Shown here: piece by piece, positions 30,581-41,350 of the stretch
Layout: every line of letters starts with the position of its first letter
How positions within the stretch are numbered: the stretch's first letter is position 1
Translations under genes and position numbers: made by a program
Source: an uncultured Candidatus Poseidoniales archaeon
GTDB taxonomy: Archaea; Thermoplasmatota; Poseidoniia; Poseidoniales; Thalassarchaeaceae
DNA: 64,000 nucleotides
Reading direction: 5' to 3'
Assembly: GCA_902625325.1 (NCBI GenBank)
Contig: CACOAW010000004.1
Span: 50,647-114,646 of the forward strand
Notes under the pieces: generated by a model
Told to the model about the DNA's origin: nothing
The model's database searches: none
Seen by the model: only the letters and a program-made list of their open reading frames with translations

Positions 30581-31066
30581 ATGGCAGCAAGCGGACCTTC
30601 AGAGATAATCCTCCTCAGTGCGGGCCTTATTGTCGCAGCACTGGTCTCCGGAATCCTACTGCAGACTTGGGATGACATGGATGACGTTCTCGATGAGAGG
30701 GGCAAACAGGGGGCAGAGGATGTCAGGACGCGAGTCTCCCTGGTCTCCGACCCAATCAACATCCAATGGGACAACAGCGACAATGTCAAAATCCACCTTC
30801 AGAACTCTGGGGACACCTTCTTGGACGTAAACTCAGTGGGAGCTGTGATAGGAGGCACAACGATGACAGTGACAGTAACTGACGGTGTTACCACGGAATG
30901 GCTCCCGGGGGACGTTGTTCAGTTCACGCTCACAAACTCAGACCTTGACTCGTCGCTTTCAGAAGGGGACAATGATCTCCTCATGACAGTCAGCGTCTCA
31001 TCAACAGCGACCGGTTACACAGGACTCGATACACTAAGGGAGGAAATAAGAATTGTCAAGCCCTAA
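30581..31066 (+). CDS. arlG: Archaellum stator protein ArlG
   Basis: MA.S..SEIIL..A.LIVAALVSG N-terminus, SDP, QNSG and W.PG. Confidence 0.8.
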   Translation: MAASGPSEIILLSAGLIVAALVSGILLQTWDDMDDVLDERGKQGAEDVRTRVSLVSDPINIQWDNSDNVKIHLQNSGDTFLDVNSVGAVIGGTTMTVTVTDGVTTEWLPGDVVQFTLTNSDLDSSLSEGDNDLLMTVSVSSTATGYTGLDTLREEIRIVKP

Positions 31067-31751
31067 CGTAGACAACTTCGATTTCGGCGTCATCCAAGAC
31101 AGCCTTGGCCAGAGCATGGGAACCGCTATCCCTAACAGGGCGCTCATGCTTGTTTGTGGAGGGATCGGCTCAGGAAAAAGCATCATGGGACAGCGCATGT
31201 CTTTCGGAATGACTGCGAACGATGTCAAAGTGTCGCTATTCACGACAGAGCTGACTACAAGGGGATGGCTGGAGCAAGTGTCCAGCATTGGATACTACAT
31301 GGACAAGAGAATCGACGAGGGCTCATTCCACCTCGTATCCAGCTTCGGAGTAATCGCAGAACCATCCGACGATCAAGTCACCATACTGGATCTCCTCGAG
31401 TCTCCAGCCTCTAAGGAAGCAGAGGTGGTAATCATAGACAGGGCCTCCGAGCTAATGCCAGAGGAGACTTCAGGAAAAGAACTTTTGAGAATTCTGAGGA
31501 AATTCACTTCCGAAGGCCGGACCCTTATTCTGACCCTTGATCCGGATGAGATGGATAACAACACACTGAGGGATATGAAGAACTCTGCCGAGGTAGTCCT
31601 CGATATGATGACCGCGGTAGTAGGGGGGCAGCTCGTCAGGACTGTCAGTGTCACCAGGTTCCTAAGGGCCGCGGGACCAGTTACTGAGAGAATCGGATGG
31701 AAGGTTATGCCCGAGATGGGATTCATCGTGGATATCACAGCTGTAGCATGA
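31053..31751 (+). CDS. arlH: Archaellum RecA/KaiC-like ATP-binding protein ArlH
   Basis: G..GSGKS..QR..FG, TTELT...LEQ..S.GY and PEMGF.VDI. Confidence 0.9.
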   Translation: MSSPNVDNFDFGVIQDSLGQSMGTAIPNRALMLVCGGIGSGKSIMGQRMSFGMTANDVKVSLFTTELTTRGWLEQVSSIGYYMDKRIDEGSFHLVSSFGVIAEPSDDQVTILDLLESPASKEAEVVIIDRASELMPEETSGKELLRILRKFTSEGRTLILTLDPDEMDNNTLRDMKNSAEVVLDMMTAVVGGQLVRTVSVTRFLRAAGPVTERIGWKVMPEMGFIVDITAVA

Positions 31752-31761
31752 GGTTGATTGA

Positions 31762-33510
31762 ATGGTTACTGAGCAAGAGTCCAACGAAGAAGGCCGAAAA
31801 GAGCCAGAGTTCAATATCGAGCCTGGCGACCTCGGCGGTCTCATGGCCGAGTACCCACATATCCGCGAATGGGTCGAGCAATTCGAGGCAGAGCATGGCT
31901 CCAGGCCGATTTACTATGGCCCCCTAGACAGGGATGCGAAGAGCGTCAGCCCACGTAACCTGATTTACGCCACAAAGCCTCCTTGCTTCGCACATGTTTA
32001 CTCCCCTCCTGAGGGAGCCGAAGGAGCAGGGAACACCTTCTGGTTCGGGCTAGAGCCCACCATCACAGAGGAGGAGGACGAAATCAGGGACCGTATCGTG
32101 GAGAGGCTCCTCAGAGACGCCCCCCAGAAGGAGCGATTCGACAATGACGAGGAATTCATCGCAATGATTCACGAAATGATGGATGAAATGACCACCACCA
32201 CTACATCATCCCTTCTCTCCAATCCAGTTGTAAACCAAGCAAGGGAACTAATAGGCATGGGAGAGGCTCCAATCAAAGTCACACCGGAACAACTCGACCG
32301 TCTCAAGTACGTGGTGGTCAGGGACTTGGTTAACAACGGCCCTCTAGAGACACTTCTAGCCGACGAGATGCTGGAGGATATACACTCGATCGGACTATCT
32401 CGGATAAATATGGATCACAAGGTCTTCCCTATGCTAACCTCAAATATCGCATTCAGGGATCAGGAGCTTCTCACCAAGTACCTGAGGTCGATGTCAGAAA
32501 GGATAGGGAGACCAGTATCTGACAGCAAGCCGATCGTCGACGGTGCCCTACTAGATGGGTCCAGAATCAACATAATCTACAGCGATGACGTCTCCATCCA
32601 GGGTTCTTCATTCACAATAAGGAAGTTCGCTGAGGAGACCATATCCATCATCCAGTTGATCAAGTGGAAGACACTATCCGCTCAGATGGCCGCATATATC
32701 TGGCTTGGTCTGGAGTCCGGGATGTCCATGCTGGTCTCAGGGGAGACGGCCTCCGGAAAGACCACCACGCTGAACGCGGTACTCCCATTCATAGATCACA
32801 ACGTCAAGATATACACAGCAGAGGACACTCCTGAGGTCAAGGTAGCCCACACAATATGGCAAAGGCTAATCACCAGGGACTCAAAGAATGAGGACTCCAG
32901 AGTGGAGATGTTCGATCTGCTCAAGGCCGCACTAAGATCCAGACCCCGATACATCATCATAGGGGAGATCAGGGGGGTAGAGGGAGCAATCGCCTTCCAA
33001 GCTATGCAGACAGGGCACCCCGTGGTCGGTACCTTCCACGCCTCTAACATCGTCAAGCTAATCCAGAGATTCACAGGAGACCCGATCAACGTCCCAGCCC
33101 GATTCTTCGACAACCTGAACTTCGCAATCTTCCAGGAAGTTGTCGAGGCCCCAGGAGGGGGCATAGCCAGGAGGATCACCGGCGTCAGCGAAGTGATTGG
33201 ATTCGACAAGACCGCTGACGGTATCCTCACCAGGAACATGTTCGAATGGGATCCAGTGGCAGACGAGGTCTACTTCAGAGGGATGTTCCAGTCCGATATG
33301 CTGGAGAACAAGATCGCCCCCCGGATGGGATTCCGGAGCAAACGAGACATCTACGATGAGTTGCAGAGAAGGACAGAGGCCATCCAGAGGATGTGCGACA
33401 GAGACCTCACTCACTACGATGACGTGTTCGACCTACTAGACGTGTACTACAAAGAGGGTTGGGACAGGTTCGCATCCGCACTGGAGACCTGGACGGGAGT
33501 CAATCACTAG
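31762..33510 (+). CDS. arlI: Archaellum motor ATPase ArlI
   Basis: SGETASGKTT, AEDTPE, LRSRP.YIIIGEIRG.EG and AMQTGH. Confidence 0.95.
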   Translation: MVTEQESNEEGRKEPEFNIEPGDLGGLMAEYPHIREWVEQFEAEHGSRPIYYGPLDRDAKSVSPRNLIYATKPPCFAHVYSPPEGAEGAGNTFWFGLEPTITEEEDEIRDRIVERLLRDAPQKERFDNDEEFIAMIHEMMDEMTTTTTSSLLSNPVVNQARELIGMGEAPIKVTPEQLDRLKYVVVRDLVNNGPLETLLADEMLEDIHSIGLSRINMDHKVFPMLTSNIAFRDQELLTKYLRSMSERIGRPVSDSKPIVDGALLDGSRINIIYSDDVSIQGSSFTIRKFAEETISIIQLIKWKTLSAQMAAYIWLGLESGMSMLVSGETASGKTTTLNAVLPFIDHNVKIYTAEDTPEVKVAHTIWQRLITRDSKNEDSRVEMFDLLKAALRSRPRYIIIGEIRGVEGAIAFQAMQTGHPVVGTFHASNIVKLIQRFTGDPINVPARFFDNLNFAIFQEVVEAPGGGIARRITGVSEVIGFDKTADGILTRNMFEWDPVADEVYFRGMFQSDMLENKIAPRMGFRSKRDIYDELQRRTEAIQRMCDRDLTHYDDVFDLLDVYYKEGWDRFASALETWTGVNH

Positions 33511-33522
33511 GACTGATTCCAT

Positions 33523-35325
33523 ATGGAGGACAAGGCCAGCACATGGGAGATCGCCCTCCTCCGGCTGGGAATGCCATTCAGGAACTACCTCCTTTTCTTC
33601 GCACTGCCAGTGTCCTTAGTTGGGCTCGTCGCCGGTCTTGCAGTTTGGTATACCGTGAGCGATGTCATTACGGGACCTTCCGCAGTACTGATGATTCTCC
33701 TATTCCCGGCACTGGCCTTTGCCGGCACTCTTGCTTATCCGGTGGCACAGGTTTCAGCAGAGGCAATCCAGATAGAGCAGGATATGCACATGTTCATGAC
33801 GAGGATGGGCATTCTTTCCATGGGAGAGTCGGCCGAGAAGGGGATGTTCGACGTACTGAAGGAGATGGGTGACTATGGAGCACTGGCTCACGAGATCCAA
33901 GCGATAGAGACACTAGTCACCAAATGGCATACTAACCTACCCGAGGCGGCAAGAATAGTCGGAAGACAGAGCCCGTCGGCTATATGGAGCGACTTCCTAG
34001 ACAGGATGGCCTTCTCCGTGGAAGTAGGGCAACCAATCGGGGAGTTCTTCTCCAGTGAGAACGAGACCTTCGAGCAGGCCTACACCACCATCTACGATGC
34101 TAGGCTCGAGCAGTTGGATACTCTAAGGGAGACCTTCGTGTCCCTCACTACTACAGGGCTTCTTCTTCTAGTGGTTTCCGGACTCCATCTAATACTCTTC
34201 CAGACGGGATCAGAGACCTCGAATCCCTTCGAGGTGATACTCAGAGCGAGGTGGGTTCTCCTCACGGGGACACTCTTCGCTTTGCTACAGATTGGAGCAT
34301 GGTACCTATTCACTCTGGTTATTCCGGACGAGGACCTCTTCGCCAAACACGGATTCAACACAGAACAGGCGATTGACATGCGTAGATCGTGGATTTTCGC
34401 GGGCATACTCGGTACGGTAATGGTACTAATCATCTCCACTGTCTTCATTATCTACGGGACGGACATCCTGTTCGAACAGTGGAACTACTTCGGACTTCTG
34501 GTGATTGCTGCTATGATGTCGCCATTGCTCGCACCAGCCCTACTGACCCTCCAGGAGGAGGCAAGAGTGAGAAGGAGGGACGAAGCTTTCCCAGAGTTCA
34601 TTCGAGCCTTCGGTGGAACCGCACAGGCCAGGGCGCAGGAACCCAGCGCCATGGTTAAGGCACTGTCAGGTATTGATTTCGGAGCCCTAGACGACTCAAT
34701 CTCCAATCTCGAGAAGAGGTTGTCCATGAGGATAGACAGCGACTACTCTTGGGATTGGTTCGCAGCCGACAACAATTCAATGCTAGTATCCAGGTTCACA
34801 AGGGTATTCATCGAGGGATCCTCTTCCACTGGTGAGGCTGGTCTGGTCGGAGACATGGTCTCCCAGAGTACGACTAGTTTGCTAGGGCTCCGGCAGAGGA
34901 GACAGATTTCAGCCAACGTGATGAGGAGCGTCTCCTACGGTCTCCTCATCGCAATGATCATCGCACTAAACATCACTACATCGATCATCGCTGGTTTGGG
35001 TGAGACGATAGCATCGGTGGCTGCGGGCCTGGTCGATGGAGCGGGCGAGGTCGGTACTGCGGCCGGAGGCGTGGACGTCGCGTTACCGGCTTTGGCCGAA
35101 ACGGGAGGGATTGAACAGAATATCCGAGTCTTCCAATACATGGGATCTTTCCTCATCGTAATCTCCATTGTCATTCTCGGCCTCATCACTGCGAGAATAA
35201 GGGGTGGCGGGACCACACTGGTCCTCGGACAGATGATCCAGATGATGTGGGTGGCAGGCCTGGCGAACTTCTTCAGCGCATGGATCCTGGACCAGTCCGT
35301 GGGCCTTTTCCAGTCAGGGGCATAG
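33523..35325 (+). CDS. arlJ: Archaellum membrane platform protein ArlJ
   Basis: Multi-TM; DFLDR.AFS...G, RRD..FPEFIR and DFG.L. Confidence 0.92.
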   Translation: MEDKASTWEIALLRLGMPFRNYLLFFALPVSLVGLVAGLAVWYTVSDVITGPSAVLMILLFPALAFAGTLAYPVAQVSAEAIQIEQDMHMFMTRMGILSMGESAEKGMFDVLKEMGDYGALAHEIQAIETLVTKWHTNLPEAARIVGRQSPSAIWSDFLDRMAFSVEVGQPIGEFFSSENETFEQAYTTIYDARLEQLDTLRETFVSLTTTGLLLLVVSGLHLILFQTGSETSNPFEVILRARWVLLTGTLFALLQIGAWYLFTLVIPDEDLFAKHGFNTEQAIDMRRSWIFAGILGTVMVLIISTVFIIYGTDILFEQWNYFGLLVIAAMMSPLLAPALLTLQEEARVRRRDEAFPEFIRAFGGTAQARAQEPSAMVKALSGIDFGALDDSISNLEKRLSMRIDSDYSWDWFAADNNSMLVSRFTRVFIEGSSSTGEAGLVGDMVSQSTTSLLGLRQRRQISANVMRSVSYGLLIAMIIALNITTSIIAGLGETIASVAAGLVDGAGEVGTAAGGVDVALPALAETGGIEQNIRVFQYMGSFLIVISIVILGLITARIRGGGTTLVLGQMIQMMWVAGLANFFSAWILDQSVGLFQSGA

Positions 35326-35358
35326 CTATAGCGCAGAAGACTTGATGCTATTCGCCAT

Positions 35359-36363
35359 TTGCCAACAGTCGTGGCCGACCCTCTCCTGTCCACCCTGAGA
35401 ATCTCGATTCTAACTATCTTCATGGCCGCTGCAGCACGTTCAGACTTCGAGACACTGTCAGTAAGGGACAGACACTGGATCAGATGGTCTGGTCCGGTTG
35501 TACTCATTCTCTTGGCGGAGATGACATCCGAGAACATGGGTCTGGCCAACTTCTGCATGGTATTTTCATTAGTTGCAATCTTCTCTTTCTGCTTCTCTGT
35601 TCCCCCGGATCCACGAGAGTTCAGAGACTGGAATCAAAACCAGGCTCTCCTATCGGTTGTGTATGCGCTAGGTTTAGTTGGATTCCTATACGGAGCTAAC
35701 GCCTACTCGGATACAAATTTCGTAGATTTGGTTCTGGGCGATGAATCAAAGGAAACAACTCTCTGGTGGAGCATGAATGGAGCGTTCTTGACCTCTGCGA
35801 TTTTCTATGGTTCGTGGAGGATAGGGCTAATCCAGGGAGGGGCGGATGTAAAGGCGCTCATTCTTGTAACTCTGGTATTCCCCTCATGGTCATTCGTACC
35901 GGATCAGATGTATCCTCTAGTGGAAGACCCACTATTCCGAATGCCTCCATCAATGGTTCTCTTCATATGGGCCGCTGCTGCATTCCTAGTCGCACCACCA
36001 ATAATCTTCATTCAAAATGCCGCGAGAGGTAACATTTCTTCAATATCAGATATTAAGATGGCATGGCACGCAACGAAAAGAAGAATCTCCGATATCAAGG
36101 AAACTCCAGATTCTGGATCATACCAATCTTGGATTCTAACTGAAGCCATTGAGAAAAGCGGAGAGATGAGTGCAGTAGATCGGATACTCCCCTCTAGGAG
36201 ATTATCAAATGCCCGAGACGAGTACAAGCAGCTCGAGCTTCTCGAGGAATTGGGCTTGGACAGTGTCTGGATAACTACTAAGCATCCATTTCTAGTCTAC
36301 CTTTTCTTGGCAATACTTCCAATGCTCCTCTTTGGAGATCCTCTGTCATACCTGATTAGATGA
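35359..36363 (+). CDS. arlK: Preflagellin/prepilin peptidase (A24, ArlK/PibD-like)
   Basis: AARSD, GGADVKAL (catalytic Asp motifs) and VWIT..HPFLVY. Confidence 0.85.
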   Translation: MPTVVADPLLSTLRISILTIFMAAAARSDFETLSVRDRHWIRWSGPVVLILLAEMTSENMGLANFCMVFSLVAIFSFCFSVPPDPREFRDWNQNQALLSVVYALGLVGFLYGANAYSDTNFVDLVLGDESKETTLWWSMNGAFLTSAIFYGSWRIGLIQGGADVKALILVTLVFPSWSFVPDQMYPLVEDPLFRMPPSMVLFIWAAAAFLVAPPIIFIQNAARGNISSISDIKMAWHATKRRISDIKETPDSGSYQSWILTEAIEKSGEMSAVDRILPSRRLSNARDEYKQLELLEELGLDSVWITTKHPFLVYLFLAILPMLLFGDPLSYLIR

Positions 36364-39300
36364 AGTCCTCCAGAGTCATCACGGTAACCTTGTCATTGTT
36401 GAACAACGAGTCCACGCTCGAAGACATCCACCCAACCCTGTGCTTTGTGTAGTCATCTATCCCGAATTCACTCATGATATCCTCAGTTATCTGGATGTAC
36501 TTCCTAACAGCGCCCTCAGAGACGGTCAGTACTACGTTCCCTCCGCAACCCGAATCCAACTCTCCTCCTGAGAATCCCCCAGATGCCGGCTTATTCTTGA
36601 TACACTTTCCTGCCAGAGGCATCCTCCGGTAGGACTCTCCGCACTTCACACATCTTATTTTCTGTCTGGTATATGCCATCAGATTGCCCCTCATGTCCGG
36701 TAGGAAGTGCGATTCGATTACCTGCTTAGCGACTCTATCTGCAGCAACTGAGCGTAGAACCTTGCCTAGACTCAGCTGACTGTCTAATTTGTCCTTCATC
36801 GTGACTAGAGTCTTGTATGAGGAATTCTCCGGCCCCGCGTCCAATGGTCCAGAATCGTGAGTCCACCCGTAGCCCCGTATCTCACCAATCATGCCAAGCC
36901 TATCCTCTACAATGTCCATCAGATCCCTGATTTCCTTCGGATGCGGTCGGTCCAGAGTAGACTCGTAGAAATCTCTGCTGTAGAACCAAGCGCAATCCAC
37001 GTTCAAAGCCTCCTTGTCGATCTCACTCGGATTAAGACGGGTCGTCAGGACTAGAGGGGCATCCATCCTACCCCCCCTGTTTGCAGGCAGGATAATCTGT
37101 GTAAAATTCAGTAGACCATCCATCAGCATCATTATGCTATCCTCGTCCCCATCGCAGTTACGCCTCTTAGCAGCATGAAATAGTGGGTGGGCGTAGCCTG
37201 CGGAGGCATCGGTCCACCCAATTATTCGGCATGCTACACCTCCTGAGGTATGGGGCGCAAGCCCAATCGCGATATGCCCAACAATGTCTTCCAGGCTCTT
37301 AGCCATGTAGAATGGTGGCATTTCGTAGAATCTAGTCAAAAGATCATCCACGAAAGAGCACGTCGAAAGTAGATGAGCGGAGGCTAATCTTGAAGGAATG
37401 AAGTCCTGGGGGAGCAACTCCAGTAGTTGTTCGTCGTTCTTCAATGGCTCCCCATCGTAATCATGGGTATATCCCAATTCAACAAGCCTCTTCCACGACG
37501 TGCCAATCTCTGATGGCCTGAAGTGAGTAACTGGCACGTCACTCATGTCGAACCTAGCTGTTCCGTCTCTGAAAACAGACAAACCATGTAATCCTCTTAG
37601 TATCCCTTTCTCGATTTGCTCGGGAGCCTGGTCCTTCGAGACCAATCCCTTCACTGCCTTGATTTTGCTCGGAATCCTATCTAGGCCAAGCTTCCTCCTC
37701 TTTACTTCCAGAATAGATCCTAGGTTTACTGCGGTGATTTCTCCCTTCCTACTACCTCTCCTATTTCTTGAAGGTCCCGCCAAGGTCCTGCCTCCGCATT
37801 CTATGGGTTCCTCGGGGTCCGGTCGGTGATGACAAGTTACGTGAGGTGTCTCCCTACCACACTTTTGACAAATCCTCGGACCGACTGTTACTCTGATAGC
37901 CCCTCTCGAGGATGCTTCTGAAACCAACCTCTGAGGTCCACCATTCTCTCCAATCGGGAATAGCGAGTGAACCATCGGACTCATTTCCCTAACACCGGAC
38001 TTCTCGGGTCTACCCATTCTCGCCCCGATTCTACAGGGGACAGAGTCTTCCCATCTAGGAAGCTCTGAGACCTTTCGAACCAAACTAAGAGACCTTTCAA
38101 CCAGATAGTCATCAACAGCTCTCTTTTCCCCATCTTCCGATATTTTGGAATTCAATACATCTGACACCTTTCCTACTGTCTGCGAAACCAGTGAATCAAC
38201 CTCCCTTCTGACTATCACCATCCCGTCGGCTTCTCCAAGACCCAAACCATCTAGCAGACCCTCCCAATGTAGAGGAATTACGATATCAGAACCATCATGA
38301 TGGTGAACAAGCCCTAGAGTCATCAATGAAGATTTCACTAATCCATGACGGTAAACGTCTGTCCAACGTGGCCACTCCCCAAGAATCGGATTCGCAACTC
38401 CAATTGAATCTATATCGTAGGAGTATGGCCAACCCTCCACCGATTTCCCTATCCTAAGGGAAGAACCCTCGATTTTTCCTTTAGATACAATTTCATCAGC
38501 CAAAGGAGGTAGGAATTGGATTGGCAAATCCGACCACCAGAGGTTCCATGGAGGGGGGACAGCAGTTCCAAAGCTCTCACATATCTCTTTGACCATATCC
38601 CAAGATAGGTCTAAATTTCTGAGATAGGAAACCCACTCCCTCCTCCTGTAAGATCTTTCTAATCTAGATTCTCCTCCTCGTTTAATTGCTCCATTGAATG
38701 GCATTCCAGGTGGTAATTTTCCTACTTTTACCCCGATTATCTCAGCGAAAGACTCGAGCTTCTCGTGAGAGTCAAGAGAATCTGCAAGATCAACTGACCA
38801 CCAATCTACAGAATAGGAAGATGGAGACAGAGATTTGTTATTTTCCAGAAATTCTCCATATCCAAGTAGAATTTCCCCAGCATCCCATATCGAGAGCAAT
38901 TCACCCTCGCACCTCTTCCACTCCTCCTGACTCCCGACTCTAACGAATTCCCCGTTACGCAGTAGAACGGTTGGACCGTCGATGTCCACACATGGTGTAA
39001 CTGCACAGGCCTTCCCCGGCCCCTCGATCTTCATCTGGGTCCCTACTGAAAGGAATCCACCTAATGCTTCCATTGTAATCGGATTTAGACCAGCCGCCGC
39101 AAGTCCAGTAGCTCTACTCCTTCCATATCGTAGCCTAAAGCCCCCGGGTTCTCGCGGCTCTCCGAATACAGGTCTGCCCGCAATCACATCTTCCATATAT
39201 CGTCCTTCTTTTTCTAGAACCCTACTCTTCAATTCGGCAGTTTTCGGCTTTCCATCCTTCTTCTTATCAGCGAATTTGGAAATGAAATCCCACCCCGGAA

Positions 39301-40189
39301 CCCTCAATCTCTCAGTGTGACTGCGGATTTTCGGAGCCTTAAGGCAAAGCCCCTCTGCGATTACTAGCATCACGCCCCCCCTTACTCTGGTTCTGAAAGA
39401 ACCATTGTCATTCACTATGTTTCGAACTTCCTTGTAACCCGCACACTCCATTCTCTCGGTCTCTTCGCCGTTGATCATTACCGGGCACTCGTTGACGATC
39501 AGGTCTGTCTCTTCTGGTTCTGGTTTAAACTGGAGATTAGCACGATAGAGCCCGAACTCCTCTTTCACTCTCTCTACTTCGGGAACAGTTGGGTTGTATC
39601 TGCCCACTCCTATCTCCCTTCTCAGGATGTCACCGATCAGTACACCTAGAGCCTGAGCAGTACCTCCTGCAGCCCTGATGGGGCCGCAGAAATCGATTGA
39701 AAGAAATTCAGAGCCATCCGAGTTGCTCATTATTCTGACTTCACCTATACCATCCAATGGGGCCACTAGGACAGCCTCAGTGAGGACCGCCAATCCCACT
39801 CTTAGTCCAGAATCAATAGCTCTCCTTCTGTCACCTGTTGCAGAATACATCTCCTTTGTAACATGAATCGCTATCATGATTGCAGCACTTTCCCTGTCGT
39901 GCTTCTGCAGCAGCTCCCTAAGATATCCCTCAATTTTTAGCGGCTGCTTACTCCTGTTATCCTGATCAACATAGAGGTACGGGTCTTCAAGGAGTTTCTC
40001 GGTTCTACTAGCCAAATCCGACGCTCTAGGTATCTCAACTGTCTCAGAAAAGTCCAGGCCCTTCTTTTTTGCCTCCGCTGCGATTGTATACGCTTCCTCT
40101 ATTTCCTTATCCAGGGATTCGTAATAATACGAGCGCTCGATCTCGAGCCTCTTTACATCTATTTCCTCGGCTCTGGTGTTTTTCGACAT
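36356..40189 (-). CDS. polC: DNA polymerase D large subunit DP2 (no intein seen)
   Basis: GPIRAAGGT, GGFRLRYGR, RMGRPEKS, AAKRRNCDGDEDS and C-terminal RCVKC; start placed at ATG 40189. Confidence 0.97.
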   Translation of the reverse strand: MSKNTRAEEIDVKRLEIERSYYYESLDKEIEEAYTIAAEAKKKGLDFSETVEIPRASDLASRTEKLLEDPYLYVDQDNRSKQPLKIEGYLRELLQKHDRESAAIMIAIHVTKEMYSATGDRRRAIDSGLRVGLAVLTEAVLVAPLDGIGEVRIMSNSDGSEFLSIDFCGPIRAAGGTAQALGVLIGDILRREIGVGRYNPTVPEVERVKEEFGLYRANLQFKPEPEETDLIVNECPVMINGEETERMECAGYKEVRNIVNDNGSFRTRVRGGVMLVIAEGLCLKAPKIRSHTERLRVPGWDFISKFADKKKDGKPKTAELKSRVLEKEGRYMEDVIAGRPVFGEPREPGGFRLRYGRSRATGLAAAGLNPITMEALGGFLSVGTQMKIEGPGKACAVTPCVDIDGPTVLLRNGEFVRVGSQEEWKRCEGELLSIWDAGEILLGYGEFLENNKSLSPSSYSVDWWSVDLADSLDSHEKLESFAEIIGVKVGKLPPGMPFNGAIKRGGESRLERSYRRREWVSYLRNLDLSWDMVKEICESFGTAVPPPWNLWWSDLPIQFLPPLADEIVSKGKIEGSSLRIGKSVEGWPYSYDIDSIGVANPILGEWPRWTDVYRHGLVKSSLMTLGLVHHHDGSDIVIPLHWEGLLDGLGLGEADGMVIVRREVDSLVSQTVGKVSDVLNSKISEDGEKRAVDDYLVERSLSLVRKVSELPRWEDSVPCRIGARMGRPEKSGVREMSPMVHSLFPIGENGGPQRLVSEASSRGAIRVTVGPRICQKCGRETPHVTCHHRPDPEEPIECGGRTLAGPSRNRRGSRKGEITAVNLGSILEVKRRKLGLDRIPSKIKAVKGLVSKDQAPEQIEKGILRGLHGLSVFRDGTARFDMSDVPVTHFRPSEIGTSWKRLVELGYTHDYDGEPLKNDEQLLELLPQDFIPSRLASAHLLSTCSFVDDLLTRFYEMPPFYMAKSLEDIVGHIAIGLAPHTSGGVACRIIGWTDASAGYAHPLFHAAKRRNCDGDEDSIMMLMDGLLNFTQIILPANRGGRMDAPLVLTTRLNPSEIDKEALNVDCAWFYSRDFYESTLDRPHPKEIRDLMDIVEDRLGMIGEIRGYGWTHDSGPLDAGPENSSYKTLVTMKDKLDSQLSLGKVLRSVAADRVAKQVIESHFLPDMRGNLMAYTRQKIRCVKCGESYRRMPLAGKCIKNKPASGGFSGGELDSGCGGNVVLTVSEGAVRKYIQITEDIMSEFGIDDYTKHRVGWMSSSVDSLFNNDKVTVMTLEDFI

Positions 40190-40317
40190 GCCTTCCCCTC
40201 GCAACAGCACTACCCACTCCGAAGAGACCGTCCAAGAACATTCACCGTCATCTTGCTCGAAATTCACCTCAACGACGGTAATCTTCATCACATTACGTCT
40301 AGGCCAAAACAGGTAGA

Positions 40318-40902
40318 ATGACCCCAACATCAGTGGAACAGGCTCGAGAAATACTAATTGACAGAATACGAGATCTTGCATATCTTTTCTCCGATGAAGA
40401 GGACTTCACATTAGCGAGTGGAAGGAAGAGTAAGCATTTCTTTGACATGAAACCAGTCATGATGGACCCGGAGTGCGCTCATCTCCTTGGAGTCCTAATT
40501 CATGACCAAATCAAGAAGATCGGAGAGATAGATGCAGTAGGAGGCCTCGAATTAGGAGCTGTACCGTTAACGGGAATATCAATCGCTAAGGCGGAGAAGG
40601 GATCCTCATTGAGAGGCTTTATTGTTAGGAAGGAACCAAAGGGCAGGGGTGGAAGAAAGACAGGAAACCCCCCCGGGATAGAAGGATCTAGTTTACAGCC
40701 CGGGAATAGAGTAGTACTTCTTGAGGACGTCACAACTACTGGGGGATCTGCTTTGAAGGCGGCAAGAACCCTCAATCAGATGGGTTGCGATGTAGTCTGT
40801 TGCATCACTATACTAGATAGGCAAGAGGGAGGATTGGAAGCATTCGAGGAGGCTGGAATAAACCTAATTCCCCTCACTCTCAAATCCGATATCGCGAGTT
40901 GA
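40318..40902 (+). CDS. pyrE: Orotate phosphoribosyltransferase
   Basis: FTLASG..S, GGLELGAVP, VRKEPK and LLEDVTTTGGS. Confidence 0.95.
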   Translation: MTPTSVEQAREILIDRIRDLAYLFSDEEDFTLASGRKSKHFFDMKPVMMDPECAHLLGVLIHDQIKKIGEIDAVGGLELGAVPLTGISIAKAEKGSSLRGFIVRKEPKGRGGRKTGNPPGIEGSSLQPGNRVVLLEDVTTTGGSALKAARTLNQMGCDVVCCITILDRQEGGLEAFEEAGINLIPLTLKSDIAS

Positions 40903-40906
40903 AGAC

Positions 40907-41305
40907 ATGGGACAGCACGACATTGATCCAGAAAATCTGCCATATCACCCCTCCAAACTTGAGAGAAAGGAGTATATCGGAATCGGAGAGTTTCTTTCTT
41001 TGGATATGAGAACCGGAATAATTGATGATGTTCAGGAATTCCCAGAGATGAGAAAGCCGTCTTACAAGATTAGAGTTGATTTTGGACCAATAGTTGGAAG
41101 ACTATGGAGCTCAGCCCAGATTACAAACTACTCCCGTTCGCAATTAATTGGAAGGATGGTAATAGCCGCTATCAACCTAGGAGAGAAGACATTACCCACG
41201 GGCTTCGTTTCCCAATTCCTCGTTTTGGGCGCCCTAGATGCGGATGGTACAGTCAGACTGTTAGAGGCCCCAGATGGAACTCTGCCGGGCTCAACAGTTG
41301 CATAG
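40907..41305 (+). CDS. csaA: CsaA-type tRNA-binding/chaperone OB-fold protein
   Basis: LDMRTG.I, RKPSYK..VDFG, SSAQIT.Y and S..LVLG. Confidence 0.85.
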   Translation: MGQHDIDPENLPYHPSKLERKEYIGIGEFLSLDMRTGIIDDVQEFPEMRKPSYKIRVDFGPIVGRLWSSAQITNYSRSQLIGRMVIAAINLGEKTLPTGFVSQFLVLGALDADGTVRLLEAPDGTLPGSTVA

Positions 41306-41350
41306 CTGCAATACAATACCATATTGAACCTGCTTTTCTACAAGGATAGT

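Noticed and set aside
36356-40189. Intein in PolD DP2
   Set aside because: The RRNCDGDED site is uninterrupted and no intein terminal motifs were seen.
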